Source: Candidatus Uhrbacteria bacterium
GTDB lineage: Bacteria > Patescibacteriota > Patescibacteriia > UBA9934
Assembly: GCA_943359345.1 (NCBI GenBank)
Contig: CALRHE010000002.1
Location: 705-64,704 of the forward strand
Direction: 5' to 3'
DNA: 64,000 nucleotides
In this document: piece after piece, positions 17,516 to 27,692 of the stretch
Layout: each line of letters opens with the position of its first letter
Numbering within the stretch: position 1 is the stretch's first letter
Notes under the pieces: model-generated
What the model saw: only the letters and a program-made list of their open reading frames with translations
The model's database searches: none
What the model was told of the DNA's origin: nothing
Program-made: the position numbers and the translations under genes

Positions 17516-19459
17516 CTAGCGTAAACGAACTGTGAGCAGCTTATCCGTATTCAGCTTAGTTGTCACTTGATAATAGTTGTCTCCAAAATCTGCCAAGTTT
17601 TCGCCGGGCACGGCCGACTTCAAGGTGTTATCAAAGTCTAGGTTGAGGGTCAAAAGGTTATCCCCTGCTCCCATCTGTTTTATGGCTAATAATCGATAAG
17701 TGCCACGGTCAATGGCATTGCTAACCGTGACTGGAAGATCATATGTAAAACTTAAGGTCCCGGTCTGCCCAGGTTCGATAGCAATAAAGGCTCCAAAACT
17801 CGTCATCCCAAACTCATCAGCAACCGCAATCTCACCTGGGAGTAAACCAGGATTACGGATTTGGTCATCTATAAGGCTGCCGGACGAAGACACCAAGGTA
17901 GAACCAAGTGGAACATAAATACGCGTGTAGGTTCTATAACGCGTAGTTTTCCAATCAAAACCACCTTGATGATCATAAGTAATACTCGTGGTGGCACGAT
18001 AACCAGCACCGTTTTTCACAATGCTGTATGTAACGTGCCTATCAACCGCAGGATCGGTCTTTAGGGATGCCAGATTAGCATCAACTGTCATGAGAACATC
18101 ATCGCTGCCAGCAGGATTAAGCACACCAGCCCAGCCGCTGTCTTCAAGTGCGGCTTGTGACTTGTCATCATAGCTCATGAGTGCGAACTCCTTTTCATCA
18201 AAGCCATCATTCAGAATCCGGAACAAACCAAGCCAAGCTGACGGAGGCAAGGCCAAGAGCTGATCAACCAGCTCGGTTGTAAGCGTACTTACGATCTCCT
18301 TACGTTGTTCTGGTGGAATAGCTGCGTCTACAAACCCCTTTTCAACCTGATATTCAAGTTGGTCGGCGATATTCTCGCTGGTAAAAGTTTGCCCCTCCAC
18401 GGTAACTGGACCCACCAAAGTTAAGAGCCTAGAAATGAAGGTTGGTGTGATGCCTATCACGCCGTGGATTTCCGGTACGGGCTGGCCCCCAAAAGCCACT
18501 TCCTGGCGCAGCAGCTGAACGGCGTCTTTAGCAGTTTGAGAAAAATCTGGCGACCAAGCGGCATCGCGGAAAAACCAGTCTGGCTGAGACAGATAGGACC
18601 CGAGGGGCGGAGGCGGATTCACGTGATACGCAGACTGACCTTGTACCAGTGCGTCAAGATGATATGAATCAGCAGTCACCATGTTCTTGATCTGGCCATC
18701 ACGCATCAGCATCAAGCCATAAACTCCAATAAAACCACCTCCTGGCCGGAGCTCAGTATCGTTCAAGAACAAAACTAAAAATTGTTTATCCTCTCCCAGG
18801 CCAGCATATTCTGGTGCGATAGCTGCGAAAGGAACTAAAACATCGACACTCGTCAGCAACTCCGGAACCAGTAAACGCACGGGCTCAATAACTTTTTCTA
18901 GTGCCGGTAGTAATTGATAACTATTAAGACGGTCAAGATCGGTCTGGGCTAAACGCAAGCGTACCTGCATCTCCCTAAGTTCCGGAAGTGAGGCCGACAA
19001 ACCTGTGAGCAGCAAACGTTTTTCTTCATCAGACAGATCTACATACGGCCGCGCTAAGGCAGAACCGTCGGTTCCTGAGAGTAAACTCTCAGCTTGATTG
19101 GCAGCGCTAAAAACATCTTCGGCTATGTGTAGCCCAGTTAAAATAACCTCAAGAGTTTCAAGCGAGGCATCTATAACCACCTCCGTAGCCGTTAATTGCT
19201 CTCCGACCCAGGGCAAAATTTTAAGATAACTTAAAAACGGGAAACCAGATTTAATCTCCTGCAAGCCCACCGCCGCGTCTTCAAGGGCCTGGTTAGCGAC
19301 CAATAAGTCAGAGGCTTCAACCGCTGTCCGACCCACAGCCGTAGCCGCTTTGACTTTTAAGGCACCATCGAGCAAAAAAGCCAAGCCAATGAGTGTCAAT
19401 AAAAACGTCACTGATAGCCCCGCTAACGCCAACCAAACACAAATACGGCGATTTTTCAT
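17516..19459 (-). CDS. large membrane-anchored extracytoplasmic protein, function unknown
   Basis: Single N-terminal TM helix (the start is likely the Met at 19459, MKNRRICVWLALAG...); a long extracytoplasmic region with no recognisable catalytic motif; it sits in the envelope glycosyltransferase cluster. Confidence 0.5.
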   Translation of the reverse strand: MKNRRICVWLALAGLSVTFLLTLIGLAFLLDGALKVKAATAVGRTAVEASDLLVANQALEDAAVGLQEIKSGFPFLSYLKILPWVGEQLTATEVVIDASLETLEVILTGLHIAEDVFSAANQAESLLSGTDGSALARPYVDLSDEEKRLLLTGLSASLPELREMQVRLRLAQTDLDRLNSYQLLPALEKVIEPVRLLVPELLTSVDVLVPFAAIAPEYAGLGEDKQFLVLFLNDTELRPGGGFIGVYGLMLMRDGQIKNMVTADSYHLDALVQGQSAYHVNPPPPLGSYLSQPDWFFRDAAWSPDFSQTAKDAVQLLRQEVAFGGQPVPEIHGVIGITPTFISRLLTLVGPVTVEGQTFTSENIADQLEYQVEKGFVDAAIPPEQRKEIVSTLTTELVDQLLALPPSAWLGLFRILNDGFDEKEFALMSYDDKSQAALEDSGWAGVLNPAGSDDVLMTVDANLASLKTDPAVDRHVTYSIVKNGAGYRATTSITYDHQGGFDWKTTRYRTYTRIYVPLGSTLVSSSGSLIDDQIRNPGLLPGEIAVADEFGMTSFGAFIAIEPGQTGTLSFTYDLPVTVSNAIDRGTYRLLAIKQMGAGDNLLTLNLDFDNTLKSAVPGENLADFGDNYYQVTTKLNTDKLLTVRLR

Positions 19460-19508
19460 GACAGGTGATGCCACAACTTTAGGTTCCCCCACCTCGACTT
19501 TAGGGGGG

Positions 19509-20354
19509 TTATGTGAGGGTCTCGCTGGTTCTAGAAAGTTGTGGGAATTCACGGGGATTTTTCTGACCGGAATGTTTACGGAAGAATTTGTAAGCACTTT
19601 GAATGTGACGCCAGGTCAAAGGTGAACGCAACTGCTGAAAAATCGAGCCGTCAGCTGAAGCGCGACGATGGTAGTGTACCATGACAGCCTCAGGGTAATA
19701 TATGACTGTATAGCCTGCTTCCCACATGCGCCAACACAAATCAGTGTCTTCAAAATACATGAAAAAGCGTTCATCAAAACACCCTGTTTTTGCCAAGGCT
19801 GCGGCTCGCGTAAACATAGCGCTCCCCATAATCCAATCCACCTCCAGGGTTTGCGCGTGATCCACGTCTTGCATGAGAAAACGCTCAATGGTTTTCTGAC
19901 CCCAAGGTAAACGACCAAGCGGGGTACGACGCAAAATTGGGACCAAGGGCTCGTGATAACGGTAACAAGAGTATTGCAGACTCCCATCAGCGTTTAACAA
20001 CTTTGGCCCCAGTGTGCCTACCTGGGGATGAGCCTCCATGTAAGCAAACATTTTTTCAAGCGCCCCAGGTGAAATAATAATGTCGGGATTAAAAATCAAA
20101 ATGTACTTACCCAAGGCATGTTGTAGACCTACATTCATGGCCGAACCAAAACCCTGATTGCGCTTGGCAAAATAGCGCACCTCAGGAAATTCTGCTTTGA
20201 GCATGTCAACCAGACCGGCGCCAGGATTATTGTCGATTACTAAAACTTCAATCTGCAGTTGGGGTGCCGCCCGACGCAAACCGCGCAAAGTTTGACGAAT
20301 CAAACGGAGCTCAAAGGTATGCACGATTAAAATGGAAACGTCAGGCACTGACAT
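19509..20354 (-). CDS. GT2-family glycosyltransferase
   Basis: ...VSILIVHTFE...VIDNNPGAG...ILIFNPDIII...; probable start at the Met at 20354 (MSVPDVSIL). Confidence 0.7.
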   Translation of the reverse strand: MSVPDVSILIVHTFELRLIRQTLRGLRRAAPQLQIEVLVIDNNPGAGLVDMLKAEFPEVRYFAKRNQGFGSAMNVGLQHALGKYILIFNPDIIISPGALEKMFAYMEAHPQVGTLGPKLLNADGSLQYSCYRYHEPLVPILRRTPLGRLPWGQKTIERFLMQDVDHAQTLEVDWIMGSAMFTRAAALAKTGCFDERFFMYFEDTDLCWRMWEAGYTVIYYPEAVMVHYHRRASADGSIFQQLRSPLTWRHIQSAYKFFRKHSGQKNPREFPQLSRTSETLT

Positions 20355-21384
20355 AAGCGCGGATGACCTTAGCAGATTCTTTGGCCAAGGCCAAGACATG
20401 TTTACGTTTTTTGGTCATCTTCAGCATCAAACCCAGGCTTTTAATGAGTAGTTGTCTGGTCTGTGGTTCAAAGATTAAACCGTATAGTATGCGGCTAGAC
20501 TCATTAATTAGAATCCACGGCCAATAACGCCAGACATCACCGAAAGTAAGATTTTTAATCAAGAAAAATACTTGATTGCGCGTTGACATAGCGGCCGGGA
20601 ATGGCCTCTGCTGACGGCGATCAAGAAAACGCTGCCAGAGGTTACGTTTGGCCGCTCCGTACATGCCTCGATAATGATGAGCCCGAGCCGAAGGCACAAA
20701 AGCCGCCTTATAGCCGGCCCGACGGGCTCGAATAGCCAGATCGCAGTCTTCACGGTAAGCAAAAAAATCGCTATCGAAAGGTTCGCCGTCGATAGACAGC
20801 GCCTTAAGCGTGGCAGCTCGCCAGAGTGCACTTGTACCCGTAGCGCCTATGATGTCTGTGTGATCATCGTACTGACCTTTATCCAACTCGCCGGCCCCGC
20901 GGTCCTCCATGCGCCAGGTACGTGTCAAAACTAAACCGGTGGTGTCTAAAATATCTGACTGCACATTTTGTTCGAGGCCATCGTCTAGGGTGACATTAGC
21001 AAAGGCCCGCAAAAGTTTGGGTTGAGTAGCGCCAAGCGCAGAATCCGCCTTAAGTGCCACAACCAGTTCCTCAAGCATGCGCTCATGCAAAATCATGTCG
21101 GAATTAAGGATCAGAATGGCCTGATCATCCAAATTATCATAGGCCCGCTCGAGCGCAAAACGAATCAACTGGTTATGGCCAGGGGCAAAACCCTGATTGC
21201 GAACGTTACGACCTACCAAATATTGGGGGTGGTGCGCTTGAATGTAAGCTAAGGTGCCGTCATCGCTGCCGTTATCAAGTACCCGAATAGTGAGGTCGGT
21301 GTAGGTCTGGGCCGCTAGCGAAGCAAATAAGTCCGGTAAATAGCGGAGGTCGTTCCAGGTCAGGATATTTACAGAGACGTGCAT
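20341..21384 (-). CDS. GT2-family glycosyltransferase
   Basis: ...VSVNILTWNDLRYLPDLFASLAAQTYTDLTIRVLDNGSDDGT... GT-A fold N-terminus with a DxD region. Confidence 0.7.
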   Translation of the reverse strand: MHVSVNILTWNDLRYLPDLFASLAAQTYTDLTIRVLDNGSDDGTLAYIQAHHPQYLVGRNVRNQGFAPGHNQLIRFALERAYDNLDDQAILILNSDMILHERMLEELVVALKADSALGATQPKLLRAFANVTLDDGLEQNVQSDILDTTGLVLTRTWRMEDRGAGELDKGQYDDHTDIIGATGTSALWRAATLKALSIDGEPFDSDFFAYREDCDLAIRARRAGYKAAFVPSARAHHYRGMYGAAKRNLWQRFLDRRQQRPFPAAMSTRNQVFFLIKNLTFGDVWRYWPWILINESSRILYGLIFEPQTRQLLIKSLGLMLKMTKKRKHVLALAKESAKVIRAYVSA

Positions 21385-21387
21385 AAC

Positions 21388-22887
21388 CTAGGTGTCACGC
21401 GGGGTAACTATTTTCTTGGTGACATTAAAGCCCAGATATTTACCTAACATGAAACGTGTCTGAGCATCAAGAGCCGGTAGAGCACCAAAAACAATGAAGG
21501 TGACGGGCAAAAGTGCCCACTGAGCTAACATCAGCAACCAATTCCAGCGGGGTGCACGGCTGGGTCTCATGGGTAGCAAAAAGAAGCTCAAGGCTCCGGT
21601 CACAAACACGCCCAGTGTCGCCCCGCGCATCATGAACTGCAGCGTGTAGGGAGAATTCACAAACAGGGCACTCTCGGCGTTGTCCACGGTTAGAAACGGC
21701 AAATAACCAAGTACGAAAATCAGGAACGGAGCCGTAGCCCACGTGAACATGCCCTCAAGGTGATTGAAAATATAGCGCAGCTTATCTTTACGTGGCAGTT
21801 TAGGGTGATGCTTAAACTGTTTAAGCATGTAGGGAAAATGTTCCACACCCCAAGCCCAACGGCGCTGCTGCTTGTAAAGCGCCACTAAACTCTCCCAATA
21901 AGTATTCCCGGCCACAGCGTCCATAGACACCGGTAAAAAAATTGGTGTCACACGATAATCGCCGTCGTAGTGCAAAAAGCCCTGCATAAAAATGCGTGAA
22001 TCTTCGCTGACCAGATCTGGTTCCCAAAAACCTACCTCAGTCAACATTTTCCATGACATCGAATGTGAAGAAAAAGTCCACATGCGCTCGGGTCTGACAA
22101 GCTCAGAAAATAACCAAAAGACCGTACCAAAAGCTGCTACGCGCACGGGCGCAGTTGCGCTCCATATATTATTGGAAAATAAAGTAATTGGCTGATAAGA
22201 GCTGCGGTGTGGCTTATCAACCGTACGAAACATGTAAGCTAAGCATGCCAAGTATTGCGGGTGAGCAATCGTGTCAACGTCAAAGGCTGAGACCACTACG
22301 TCATCAGGGTGAATGTCTGGTCTCCCGGCAAAATACTTCTGCACCTCAAGCCCCATGTGCCGCATATTTGAACCCTTACCTGGGATCTCGCCCGGAAGAT
22401 CGCTGGGGTGTAGAGTGAAAAGCAAAGCGGCAAACTGATGCTTATAACGCTTTTCAAGGTCTTCCTTATACCTCAAAAAGTTCTTCTGATCACGCTCTTC
22501 ACCGCCTAAAACGACAATCAAACGATCTTTCCGATACTGGGCACGTAACAAGGACTCCATGGCCTCTTCAAGAATCGGCAGGTCTTCTTTGTAAGTGGGC
22601 AAGAGTATGAGGTGATAGACCTTATCCCAATTTGCAAGTCCAGTAAGCAATTCATACCAGTTGATTTTTAAAGAGCGCCGATACTGAGTATATGAAACCA
22701 AAACATGGATGATGAAATAAAAAACCCGCAACATCCAATACAAATCAAAAACTATAATAAACACTACGGCCACGGTCGGTACTACAAAAGCCGAAATCAC
22801 AGCGGCACTCAAAATCCCCCAGCTCAGTAAGCCGGGAATAATTTCTAAGGCACGATACTTACCGTACTGACCAAAGGTAACGGACAT
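21388..22887 (-). CDS. membrane-integrated processive GT2 beta-glycosyltransferase (cellulose/chitin/hyaluronan-synthase-like)
   Basis: Multiple TM helices on both sides of a cytoplasmic GT-A domain with a QQRRWAWG (QxxRW) motif. Confidence 0.65.
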   Translation of the reverse strand: MSVTFGQYGKYRALEIIPGLLSWGILSAAVISAFVVPTVAVVFIIVFDLYWMLRVFYFIIHVLVSYTQYRRSLKINWYELLTGLANWDKVYHLILLPTYKEDLPILEEAMESLLRAQYRKDRLIVVLGGEERDQKNFLRYKEDLEKRYKHQFAALLFTLHPSDLPGEIPGKGSNMRHMGLEVQKYFAGRPDIHPDDVVVSAFDVDTIAHPQYLACLAYMFRTVDKPHRSSYQPITLFSNNIWSATAPVRVAAFGTVFWLFSELVRPERMWTFSSHSMSWKMLTEVGFWEPDLVSEDSRIFMQGFLHYDGDYRVTPIFLPVSMDAVAGNTYWESLVALYKQQRRWAWGVEHFPYMLKQFKHHPKLPRKDKLRYIFNHLEGMFTWATAPFLIFVLGYLPFLTVDNAESALFVNSPYTLQFMMRGATLGVFVTGALSFFLLPMRPSRAPRWNWLLMLAQWALLPVTFIVFGALPALDAQTRFMLGKYLGFNVTKKIVTPRDT

Positions 22888-22888
22888 G

Positions 22889-23305
22889 TTAGTTGATTTT
22901 GCGCTTTAGAAGGTCGCGTTTGGTTTGGGTAATGTTAGGTTCACGCGCGTATACCGGTAGAGCAAAAGCCCGCGGCTCATGAGCCTTAAGCTGAGTCGTG
23001 ATACCGGCGTCAGATTCAGAGATCGACTTCTGGATCGAGATTATCTGGACGCCGAGTGCAAAGGCTAGTGTGTTCACAAGCGCATGTGAAGTGCGCAGTG
23101 CAGTCGCCGAGCCCGGACCCTGCACAAGTACAAAGCCGTCTATGTCTGATGCCTTGAGCTTAACCTGACGCAAAAACTCCTCCAGACCCTTTAAGTATTG
23201 CTCGGGCCGATACGCGTAAGCTTGAGGCGGCTGCAGCCAGTTGTCAGCTTCAAGTGTGCCGAGTGTTAGGCTGGCAATCTCCTGACCATTCACGTAAATC
23301 ATCAT
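22889..23305 (-). CDS. tsaB: TsaB/YeaZ-like protein (N-terminal domain only), tRNA t6A biosynthesis
   Basis: ...DIDGFVLVQGPGSATALRTSHALVNTLAFALGVQII... matches the TsaB GPGSFTG.R.G core; only 138 aa. Confidence 0.55.
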   Translation of the reverse strand: MMIYVNGQEIASLTLGTLEADNWLQPPQAYAYRPEQYLKGLEEFLRQVKLKASDIDGFVLVQGPGSATALRTSHALVNTLAFALGVQIISIQKSISESDAGITTQLKAHEPRAFALPVYAREPNITQTKRDLLKRKIN

Positions 23306-24048
23306 ACCTTGCCAATACTATCGGTTAGCACCACCCGCTTGCTTTGTAAAATACTGGCCAAGAAACGGTCCCCCACATCACGACGATATTCAAACTCTTC
23401 GCGTGGCATGTAAGTATAGTTTACCTCGCGCCCAATGTCTTTCTCAAATTCACTAATCGAACTTTGAACTCCCGCCTCTTTTAGTTCGCCGACGACTAGA
23501 ATATCCGTGGGAATATTGGGAGCATCCGTAAAGCTGCCGGTCAAAATTAGCAGATCAAGTTGGCCGTGCTTAGTCAATTCATGAATCAGCGTATGGTTCA
23601 TGAGTACAGCCACCTTCTTCATGACCCCGCGCATATCTTCAAAAATTGGGAAGTCCTGATTGGCCTGATAAAAACGCTTGTTGTCGATCTTGTTGCCGTT
23701 TTCATCATGGTCATCTGCGGCCTGAGCGTCACCATCAACTTCAAGCACGATCCCCACATCAACAAGATTTTTGAGCTCACGACGAACCGAATTAAGCTGG
23801 GCATCAATCCGACGCGCGAGCTCGCGCACAAAGAAAGCCCGTTCACTGTTATCCAAAAACAGGCCGAGTAAGCGGGCCCGGGTACGTGAACCAAAAAGTT
23901 GTTCAATCCTAAAGACCGTACCTGATGACTTATGCGCACTTACCTCAGTAGATTGTGTAACTGCTAGTGAAACCGGTATTTGAGGCTTGGTTTCGGCTAC
24001 AGTTGGAGGCTGAACAAGCGAGTTATCCATAGAAGCTGGGGGTAACAT
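23302..24048 (-). CDS. winged-helix DNA-binding protein with a C-terminal domain of unknown function
   Basis: The ORF-track N-terminus (402 aa) overlaps the divergent plus-strand gene and looks like frame read-through. The likely start is the Met at 24048 or 24030. There is an HTH-like ...RARLLGLFLDNSERAFFVRELARRIDAQLNSVRRELKNLVDVGIV... Confidence 0.4.
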   Translation of the reverse strand: MLPPASMDNSLVQPPTVAETKPQIPVSLAVTQSTEVSAHKSSGTVFRIEQLFGSRTRARLLGLFLDNSERAFFVRELARRIDAQLNSVRRELKNLVDVGIVLEVDGDAQAADDHDENGNKIDNKRFYQANQDFPIFEDMRGVMKKVAVLMNHTLIHELTKHGQLDLLILTGSFTDAPNIPTDILVVGELKEAGVQSSISEFEKDIGREVNYTYMPREEFEYRRDVGDRFLASILQSKRVVLTDSIGKV

Positions 24049-24118
24049 AGGCCAATCTTTTGTACACGGCTCCGTTTGGGTATACTGTAATAGCAAACAG
24101 GAGGAAAGAGCAACCGTC

Positions 24119-26302
24119 ATGAGCCAGTATCTTGTTATTAAATCTGCGGACCTGGTTATTGACCCTCCCCAGGGCGAACTTGCTGTCCGCAGCGTCCTCC
24201 ATACTCTTCCGCAGGGCAAGGGCTGGGTTTTTGGGTTATTTACCCTAGAACACAAAGATGATATCGCCCGTGAACGAGTGGCCCATATCCTACTTAGCCA
24301 TCTAGAGCATTTGGCTGCTGACCTGACTGAAGAGACCAACGTGGTACGCCGTTTTGAACAAGCCTTGAGCCGAGTCAACCGCGATCTTGCACGAGCGAAT
24401 AAGGACCTGTCTTTGAACATCGACAAATTCCAGGCTGTGATAGGTGTGCTGTCTGGCGGACAGATATTCATGTCCGGCATTGGCCGCTTAAAAGCCTTAT
24501 TCCTCCACAAAACTGCTGAGCGCCGTTACGTTATTTACGAACTCGATGCTCAGTTTCATGATGGCCAGACTAAAACCTGGGATAAGCCCCTGGTAGCAGT
24601 CTTAGATGGCGAACTGAATCCTGGGGACATTTTCTACCTGGCAACCCCTGTCTCGCACCAAATGTTGGGCATGAACGAACTTCAGGACATTCTTGTCACT
24701 CTCCCTCCGGCTGGCGCCTTACAGCGCATACGCCAGTACTTACCCACGACTGAGCATTATGGCGGCTTGGCTTTCCATGCCCTAGCAGAGGACTTGACGG
24801 GTGTGACTCGCAGAGCCAACCCCATCATTTCGCTTCAAGAACTCGAAAATACCAAACAGCAAACCGCCAACGTGCTTGGTGATCAACAACCTGACCTAGT
24901 CAACACCGTCAAAGAAGTAGCCACGGGCATTAGCAAGAAGCTGTCTAGCCCAGGAATTAGGGGTGCGCAAGCCACCTTGAAGCGTGTCTTGGTGCTCGTC
25001 GTCAAAGGGCTGTCTCGTTTGGCAGCACTGCTAGCAACTCTGAGCGTGAAGTTTGCTGCCTGGCTCAAACGGCGGGTGGCGGATTCGCGCACCAACCGAG
25101 CTATGCGTCACGGTCTGGGCCGTACCAGAAAAATTGGCACACCTGGATTTGTGGATGCCACTCGAGCCTTGTTCTTGGAGCTGTCTACACCGCGCAAATT
25201 TATCTTACTTGGCTTCATGCTCGTCATGGTCATCCTCGGAGGCACAATCTTTATTAATGGTGGCGAGTCTGAAAAAAATAAATCTGAAGCCGCCTTTACT
25301 AACTCAGTCAATTCAATCCAAGATAAAATCCTGGCAGCTGAGGCCAGCTTGATCTATAGGAATAACGCTGAGGCTGTGCGCGCGCTCGAGGGGGCCGCCG
25401 CTACGCTTGAAGCCCTACCCCGTGATACCAATGATCGTCTTAACGAGGCTAATCGCTTAGCTGAAGAACTCACGGTACTACAGGCCAAAATTCGGGGTGT
25501 CACCATGGTTGAACCCGGTCTGTTAGCTGATCTACGTACGCTTGACTCTAGTGCAACACTGGTATCAGCTACCGGCACCATTAATGGGCTCATAGCTCTA
25601 GGTGATAATCTTGGCGTATATAAACTTGATCCGGCCGCCAGAGTTTGGGCTAAGCAAGAAACTATTAACGGGCCAATTTCTCGGATTGAATCGAGCACCA
25701 CTCTAGGGGCCGATGTCATCATTCTCGACGCCACCCAACAACTTGGTCGTATCGATCTCACTGCCCTCACCATGAACCCAATTGCAAGTGGCGCTAACAA
25801 CATGGCCAGCGTTGAGGACATTACTGTCTACAATGATTCGCTCTATGCTCTAACCAGCGTCAGCCAACAGGTAGTCAAGATGCGGCCACAAACGCCAAAC
25901 TTTGAAGCCGGTACAGCCTGGATTAGTGCGCACACAACTGATCTCACCACAGCCCGTGCACTCGCCATCGATTCTGACGTGTACATCCTGCTAGCCAACG
26001 ACATCATTAAATTCACCAGTGGTCGTGAACAAGACTGGCAAACCGCCACCATTGACCCTCCGCTGTCACAACCCGCCGACCTGTGGACAGCCCTTGAATC
26101 CGCCTACCTCTACGTGCTTGACCCAGCTGAAAAGCGTATTCTCGTGATTATCAAAGACACCGGCGCCATCCAAGCCCAGTATGTGTCAGATGACTTTGCC
26201 AGTGCTGTCGGGTTCGTCGTTGAAGAAGCTACCAGCAAAATCACCGTGATTACATCAACTCAGGCCCTTGAATTTACTCCTCAACACCTAATTGTCAATT
26301 AA
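24119..26302 (+). CDS. large membrane protein (cytoplasmic N-domain, one TM, extracytoplasmic C-domain), function unknown
   Basis: 727 aa; TM helix FILLGFMLVMVILGGTIFI near residue 355; the stop codon TAA lies inside the TTAA flank of the repeat element at 26299. Confidence 0.5.
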   Translation: MSQYLVIKSADLVIDPPQGELAVRSVLHTLPQGKGWVFGLFTLEHKDDIARERVAHILLSHLEHLAADLTEETNVVRRFEQALSRVNRDLARANKDLSLNIDKFQAVIGVLSGGQIFMSGIGRLKALFLHKTAERRYVIYELDAQFHDGQTKTWDKPLVAVLDGELNPGDIFYLATPVSHQMLGMNELQDILVTLPPAGALQRIRQYLPTTEHYGGLAFHALAEDLTGVTRRANPIISLQELENTKQQTANVLGDQQPDLVNTVKEVATGISKKLSSPGIRGAQATLKRVLVLVVKGLSRLAALLATLSVKFAAWLKRRVADSRTNRAMRHGLGRTRKIGTPGFVDATRALFLELSTPRKFILLGFMLVMVILGGTIFINGGESEKNKSEAAFTNSVNSIQDKILAAEASLIYRNNAEAVRALEGAAATLEALPRDTNDRLNEANRLAEELTVLQAKIRGVTMVEPGLLADLRTLDSSATLVSATGTINGLIALGDNLGVYKLDPAARVWAKQETINGPISRIESSTTLGADVIILDATQQLGRIDLTALTMNPIASGANNMASVEDITVYNDSLYALTSVSQQVVKMRPQTPNFEAGTAWISAHTTDLTTARALAIDSDVYILLANDIIKFTSGREQDWQTATIDPPLSQPADLWTALESAYLYVLDPAEKRILVIIKDTGAIQAQYVSDDFASAVGFVVEEATSKITVITSTQALEFTPQHLIVN

Positions 26303-26424
26303 CACAGATGATGAATCGATCAGTACAGATCTCACACAGATTGTGAAACTGAAAAGCGAGCTGGTTGGGCTCGCTTTTCACAGCTGTGTTAAATCTGTAA
26401 TTTGCGACTCTCTATCTGTGTTAA
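26299..26424. mobile_element. miniature inverted-repeat element, copy A (118-bp core flanked by TTAA)
   Basis: Terminal inverted repeats CACAGATGATG... and ...CTCTATCTGTG (consensus TTAACACAGATAG) plus sub-terminal ACAGATYTnACRCAG repeats; same length and end sequences as copy B at 50767. Confidence 0.5.
26351..26379. terminator. bidirectional terminator hairpin inside element A
   Basis: gAAAAGCGAGCtggttggGCTCGCTTTTc, a perfect 10-bp stem flanked by A and T runs, between a convergent gene pair. Confidence 0.6.
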
Positions 26425-26425
26425 T

Positions 26426-26827
26426 TTACTTGAGAGTCACTTTAGCACCAGCGGCTTCGAGCTTGGCCTTCATGTCGTCGGCTTCGGCCTGAGTGGCGTT
26501 TTCTTTAACGGCCTTAGGCGCGGCATCAACGATGTCCTTGGCTTCCTTCAGACCCAAACCAGTCAATTCACGCACAGCCTTGATCACGTTGATCTTGCTG
26601 TCACCGGCTGAAGTGAGCTCAACGGTAAATGAACTCTTCTCTTCAGCAGCGGCAGCGCCAGCAGCGGCTGGAGCAGCCATCATCATGGCTGGAGCAGCAG
26701 CTGAAACACCGAACTTGTCTTCCAGAACCTTTACCAATTCGGCTAGATCAAGTACCGACATCTTCTCAACGCTCTCAACGAGAGACTTAAACTTCTCTGG
26801 AACCTCTACGGATTTCATGTCAGACAT
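26426..26827 (-). CDS. rplL: 50S ribosomal protein L7/L12
   Basis: ...[23 protein letters not shown]...Ala-rich hinge...[18 protein letters not shown]... Confidence 0.9.
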   Translation of the reverse strand: MSDMKSVEVPEKFKSLVESVEKMSVLDLAELVKVLEDKFGVSAAAPAMMMAAPAAAGAAAAEEKSSFTVELTSAGDSKINVIKAVRELTGLGLKEAKDIVDAAPKAVKENATQAEADDMKAKLEAAGAKVTLK

Positions 26828-26841
26828 ATATATTTTTAGGT

Positions 26842-27390
26842 TTAAGCTTTTTTCTCCTTAATTGCACCGAGCACCGTCACGAGACCACGGAGGTTACCAG
26901 CCAACACATTGACGAAGCCAGACACCGGCGCATTGAGCGTACCGACGAGCTGTCCGAGTAACTGCTGTCTGGACGGTAGAGCAGCCAAGCGGCCGACCTC
27001 TTCTGCGTTTACGAACCTGCCCTCCAGGATGCCCGCCACCAATTGCATGGTGAGTGACTTGTCCTTGCTCTCAAACTTCTTGCTGGTAGCAAGTTCTTTG
27101 AGGAGCTTAGCGGCCGAGACTTCGTCAGCATAGCCTACGGCAGTCAGGATTGAACCTTCCATGCCATTGGCGTCCATGCCTTCAATCCCAGCTTCCTTGG
27201 CGGCCAAGGCGAGCAAAGTACGTTTGGTGATAAACACTTCAACGTTCTGCTCGGCGGCTTTGACCCGGAGTTTATCCGCGTCGGCCATGGTATAGCCTGA
27301 GACTTGCGAGAAGGCGGCGGCCTTCATACGCTTCAAGCGATCGGCGACTTTGGCCACGATCTCGGCTTTCTGAGCCTTGGTTTTTGGCAT
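26842..27390 (-). CDS. rplJ: 50S ribosomal protein L10
   Basis: ...[38 protein letters not shown]...; start at the Met at 27390 (MPKTKAQK). Confidence 0.85.
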   Translation of the reverse strand: MPKTKAQKAEIVAKVADRLKRMKAAAFSQVSGYTMADADKLRVKAAEQNVEVFITKRTLLALAAKEAGIEGMDANGMEGSILTAVGYADEVSAAKLLKELATSKKFESKDKSLTMQLVAGILEGRFVNAEEVGRLAALPSRQQLLGQLVGTLNAPVSGFVNVLAGNLRGLVTVLGAIKEKKA

Positions 27391-27692
27391 AAGTCTTACA
27401 AAACACATCCAAGTTCGTCATCTACGTTGTCGCCGACTTCCATCGGACTCACCGTATATCTCTATACGCCTCGTCCTTACTCAATCGTCTTCTAGTAGCT
27501 GACAAACTTAATGTGTTTTGTCTGTACATGTGAATAAAAAATAGCGCCATGATTGGCGCAAAACATATGAAAATAGCTCACTTTGATACTATTTTCATCG
27601 ATCTTCTCGACGGGACTTATGAGGATTATTCCCCGACCCGAGTTCTGCGAATTTCGATGGTACGGGTAGGATATATAAAAACCCCAAAAGCG

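Noticed and set aside
23302-24510. Full 402-aa extent of the minus-strand ORF
   Set aside because: The N-terminal 154 codons overlap the divergent 24119..26302 gene and are R/S/C-rich nonsense. The start was trimmed to the Met at 24048.
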